Shown here: positions 35,582 to 37,643 of the stretch, piece after piece
Numbering within the stretch: the stretch's first letter is position 1
Layout of the letters: every line of letters starts with the position of its first letter
Notes under the pieces: generated by a model
Seen by the model: the letters and a program-made list of their open reading frames with translations, nothing else
What the model was told of the DNA's origin: nothing
Databases searched by the model: none
Made by a program: the position numbers and the translations under genes
From: Sediminibacterium sp.
Lineage (GTDB): Bacteria; Bacteroidota; Bacteroidia; Chitinophagales; Chitinophagaceae
Reading direction: 5' to 3'
Assembly: GCA_036734525.1 (NCBI GenBank)
Contig: DAIMYK010000001.1
Coordinates: 1-37,643, forward strand
DNA: 37,643 nt

Positions 35582-36796
35582 CTAATACAAAAATCCAAAC
35601 ATCCAGAGTGGAATTCTATTTTCCATACCGTATTCAAAGTCATCAGCAACGATAAAGCTTTTTGGAGTATTTTTTATTTGCCTATTTGTTTTTGTTTTAC
35701 CACCCAGTTCGAATGTAAAAGTATGATCAACTAAAAAATCACCTTCAGGAGCATACTCTACTAAATGGTTGTAACTCAGTTGATTTACAAAAAATGTTTC
35801 TCGAACATTACCAGTATTTGCATTCAATGGAGAAAATACGTATTGAAGATTTGAATTCTCCAGATAAATTTTATCTGGTTTTTGCATTTGTGTTATTCCT
35901 TTGGCATCCTTATACAAATTACGCGTAATATTTGCTTCTTGAAGAAAGTACAAATAAGAAATAAAAGTATTTCTGTTTATACCAATCCGCTCACTTAATT
36001 TACTGACGTTGGGAATGAAAGGAACTGATTCACTTATGATTTGGAGTAACTGCTTTAATTTAGGTATGTATCTAACATCGACTTTTCGTAACAAGGGTAA
36101 CTCAATTTCTACAATTAAATTGATAACTTCTTCCACACGGCTATAGTATAATTCAGGAATTTCCTGAAAAAATGGATAATAACCAGATTTTAAATAGGCA
36201 GAAAAATGCTCTAAAGGTATTAGTTTACTATTTATTTCCCGAGCAATAGTTACGTGATCTTCTAACTATTCCTCTAATTTTATTTCAGGATCGGTAAGTC
36301 TTTTTGTTAAATTTACATACTCACGATATGAAAGCCCTTGCATAGTATAAAGAATAGCTCTTCTACTTAAATCTGATCTTTCATTTAAGAGCTCCAAAAG
36401 TGAAGAGCCAGTGAAAACAACTTTTAAATCTGGATAATCGTCGTAAATATTTTTCAGCTCTTGTGACCAGTTTGGATATTTATGCACCTCGTCGAGGAAG
36501 AGATATTTCCCACCCCGCTTTACGAACTGATCCGTCAGATCGCTTAGCGTATTGTTAGCAAACCAAATATTATCTAGCGTAACGTAAAGTGTGGATTGAT
36601 CAATTGGTAGATTTTCCTTTATATACTGAAGCATCAAGGTAGTTTTGCCAACTCCTCTTGCCCCTTTAATACCAATCAAACGGGCATTCCAGTTTATCTT
36701 ACCAAGGATGCTTCGAGTAAAATTCAACTGTGTTTGTTCAATTTTACGTATGAATTTTTCGTATAATAACTCCATTTTGCTTTCTATATTAAGCAA
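35582..36796 (-). CDS. AAA+ ATPase (AAA_14 with DUF4143-like C-terminus; in-frame TAG at 36266-36268)
   Basis: Walker A GARGVGKT, Walker B LFLDEVH, VFTGSS, LSYREY, GYYPF and RETFFVNQL. The two ORF pieces share one frame. Confidence 0.88.
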
Positions 36797-37277
36797 ATAT
36801 AGGCATATATTGCTTTATACAGAAAGCTTTTTGAAATAGATTAAAATATTGAATTAAAGTTTAGAATTTCATGCAAATATGCGTATAAACTATTGGAAAT
36901 CTGCCTATTCTGCTTCTGTAACGTTGTAGAAAATAAAAGTAGTATTTAAAAAAATAGGATGACTTACAATTTAGCATCGACTCCATATTGGCCTATCCCT
37001 GATTAGTACCAGCGATATCAAAGACTACTTAAACTTTTAATACAAGTTCTCCACCATAGGCGGAAACCTTTCCTCCCAATGGATTTTCTGCTCAAGAAGT
37101 AGTCTCCGTTCCAATTTTTTAATACTTATTGTACGCTTTAAAATTTTTTCTACATCGAATAATGATGAATACCGAAAGAATCATTTTATCATGAAACTTT
37201 AATTTGGATTTCAATAATAGTTAATCATTTATTGATACACAATTCACATTGCATCTGTAGTTTTAAAAAAAATATTT

Positions 37278-37595
37278 ATGGCAAAGTATTCAGACTTACA
37301 CGTTGGAAATTTTTATCTAATCCAACAAAATGAGGGGGAAGAAATTTCACTGATTGAAGTATTAATGAGCACTGATAATGCTCTCATGTTTTTACATCAT
37401 GATGAATATGAATCTATAATTTGGAAAAAAAGTTCTGATACCATATTCGAAATCGTAGATGAATTAACAGATGAACAACTGAAAACCTATAATGATTTAT
37501 TTGAGGAAGAAGAGGACCAGGATGATTTATTGAATGAAAAAAACATGTATGATGAAATGTTTGAAGACGATATCAAAGAAGAAACAGAAGATTAA
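37278..37595 (+). CDS. Hypothetical protein with a highly acidic C-terminus
   Basis: 105-aa ORF with ATG after an AT-rich leader and a D/E-rich tail. No recognised motif. Confidence 0.75.
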   Translation: MAKYSDLHVGNFYLIQQNEGEEISLIEVLMSTDNALMFLHHDEYESIIWKKSSDTIFEIVDELTDEQLKTYNDLFEEEEDQDDLLNEKNMYDEMFEDDIKEETED

Positions 37596-37643
37596 TTCTA
37601 GGAGAAATTCAAAACAAATCTTTCACTCCTGCTAAAAGCACAG

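Noticed and set aside
94..36268. Stop-codon reassignment or suppression by the unusual tRNA-like RNA
   Set aside because: All three stop codons are involved, different amino acids are expected at each site, and the same codons end normal genes here. A GTC anticodon reads no stop codon.
36840..37270. Possible gene remnant on the minus strand (...KKLERRLLLEQKIHWEERFPPMVENLY*)
   Set aside because: Short, has no intact start and resembles no family I can name.
1..37643. CRISPR array, transposase, integrase, prophage or rRNA genes
   Set aside because: No regularly spaced repeats or corresponding protein or RNA motifs were seen in the window.

Overview
Chromosomal window from a Bacteroidota bacterium, probably Chitinophagaceae-like. 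This assignment is inferred from a SusC/SusD pair, an alternative complex III operon, TAnnTTTG promoter boxes and AT-rich start regions without Shine-Dalgarno motifs. In order it carries: acyl-CoA dehydrogenase and MarR; a GT2 glycosyltransferase; O-antigen ligase-like and Wzz-like genes; an Lrp/AsnC regulator; an orphan SusC/SusD pair; fbp; SRAP, trmB and an alkyltransferase-like gene; a ~16 kb minus-strand respiratory cluster (actABCDEF, heme-copper oxidase subunits II, I, III, III and IV, heme O synthase, SCO, DUF420); a membrane-domain-PurN fusion; a serine hydrolase; tRNA-Arg(CCT); and an AT-rich tail with an AAA+ ATPase. The most striking item, absent from the ORF track, is a ~172-nt tRNA-like RNA at 6223-6394. 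It has a complete cloverleaf core with a GTC (Asp) anticodon, a tRNA-Leu-like D/T core and a 100-nt branched variable arm. It has its own terminator and is transcribed divergently from the Lrp/AsnC gene across a spacer of phased AATATT motifs. Five genes carry in-frame stop codons that most likely reflect base-call errors rather than recoding.
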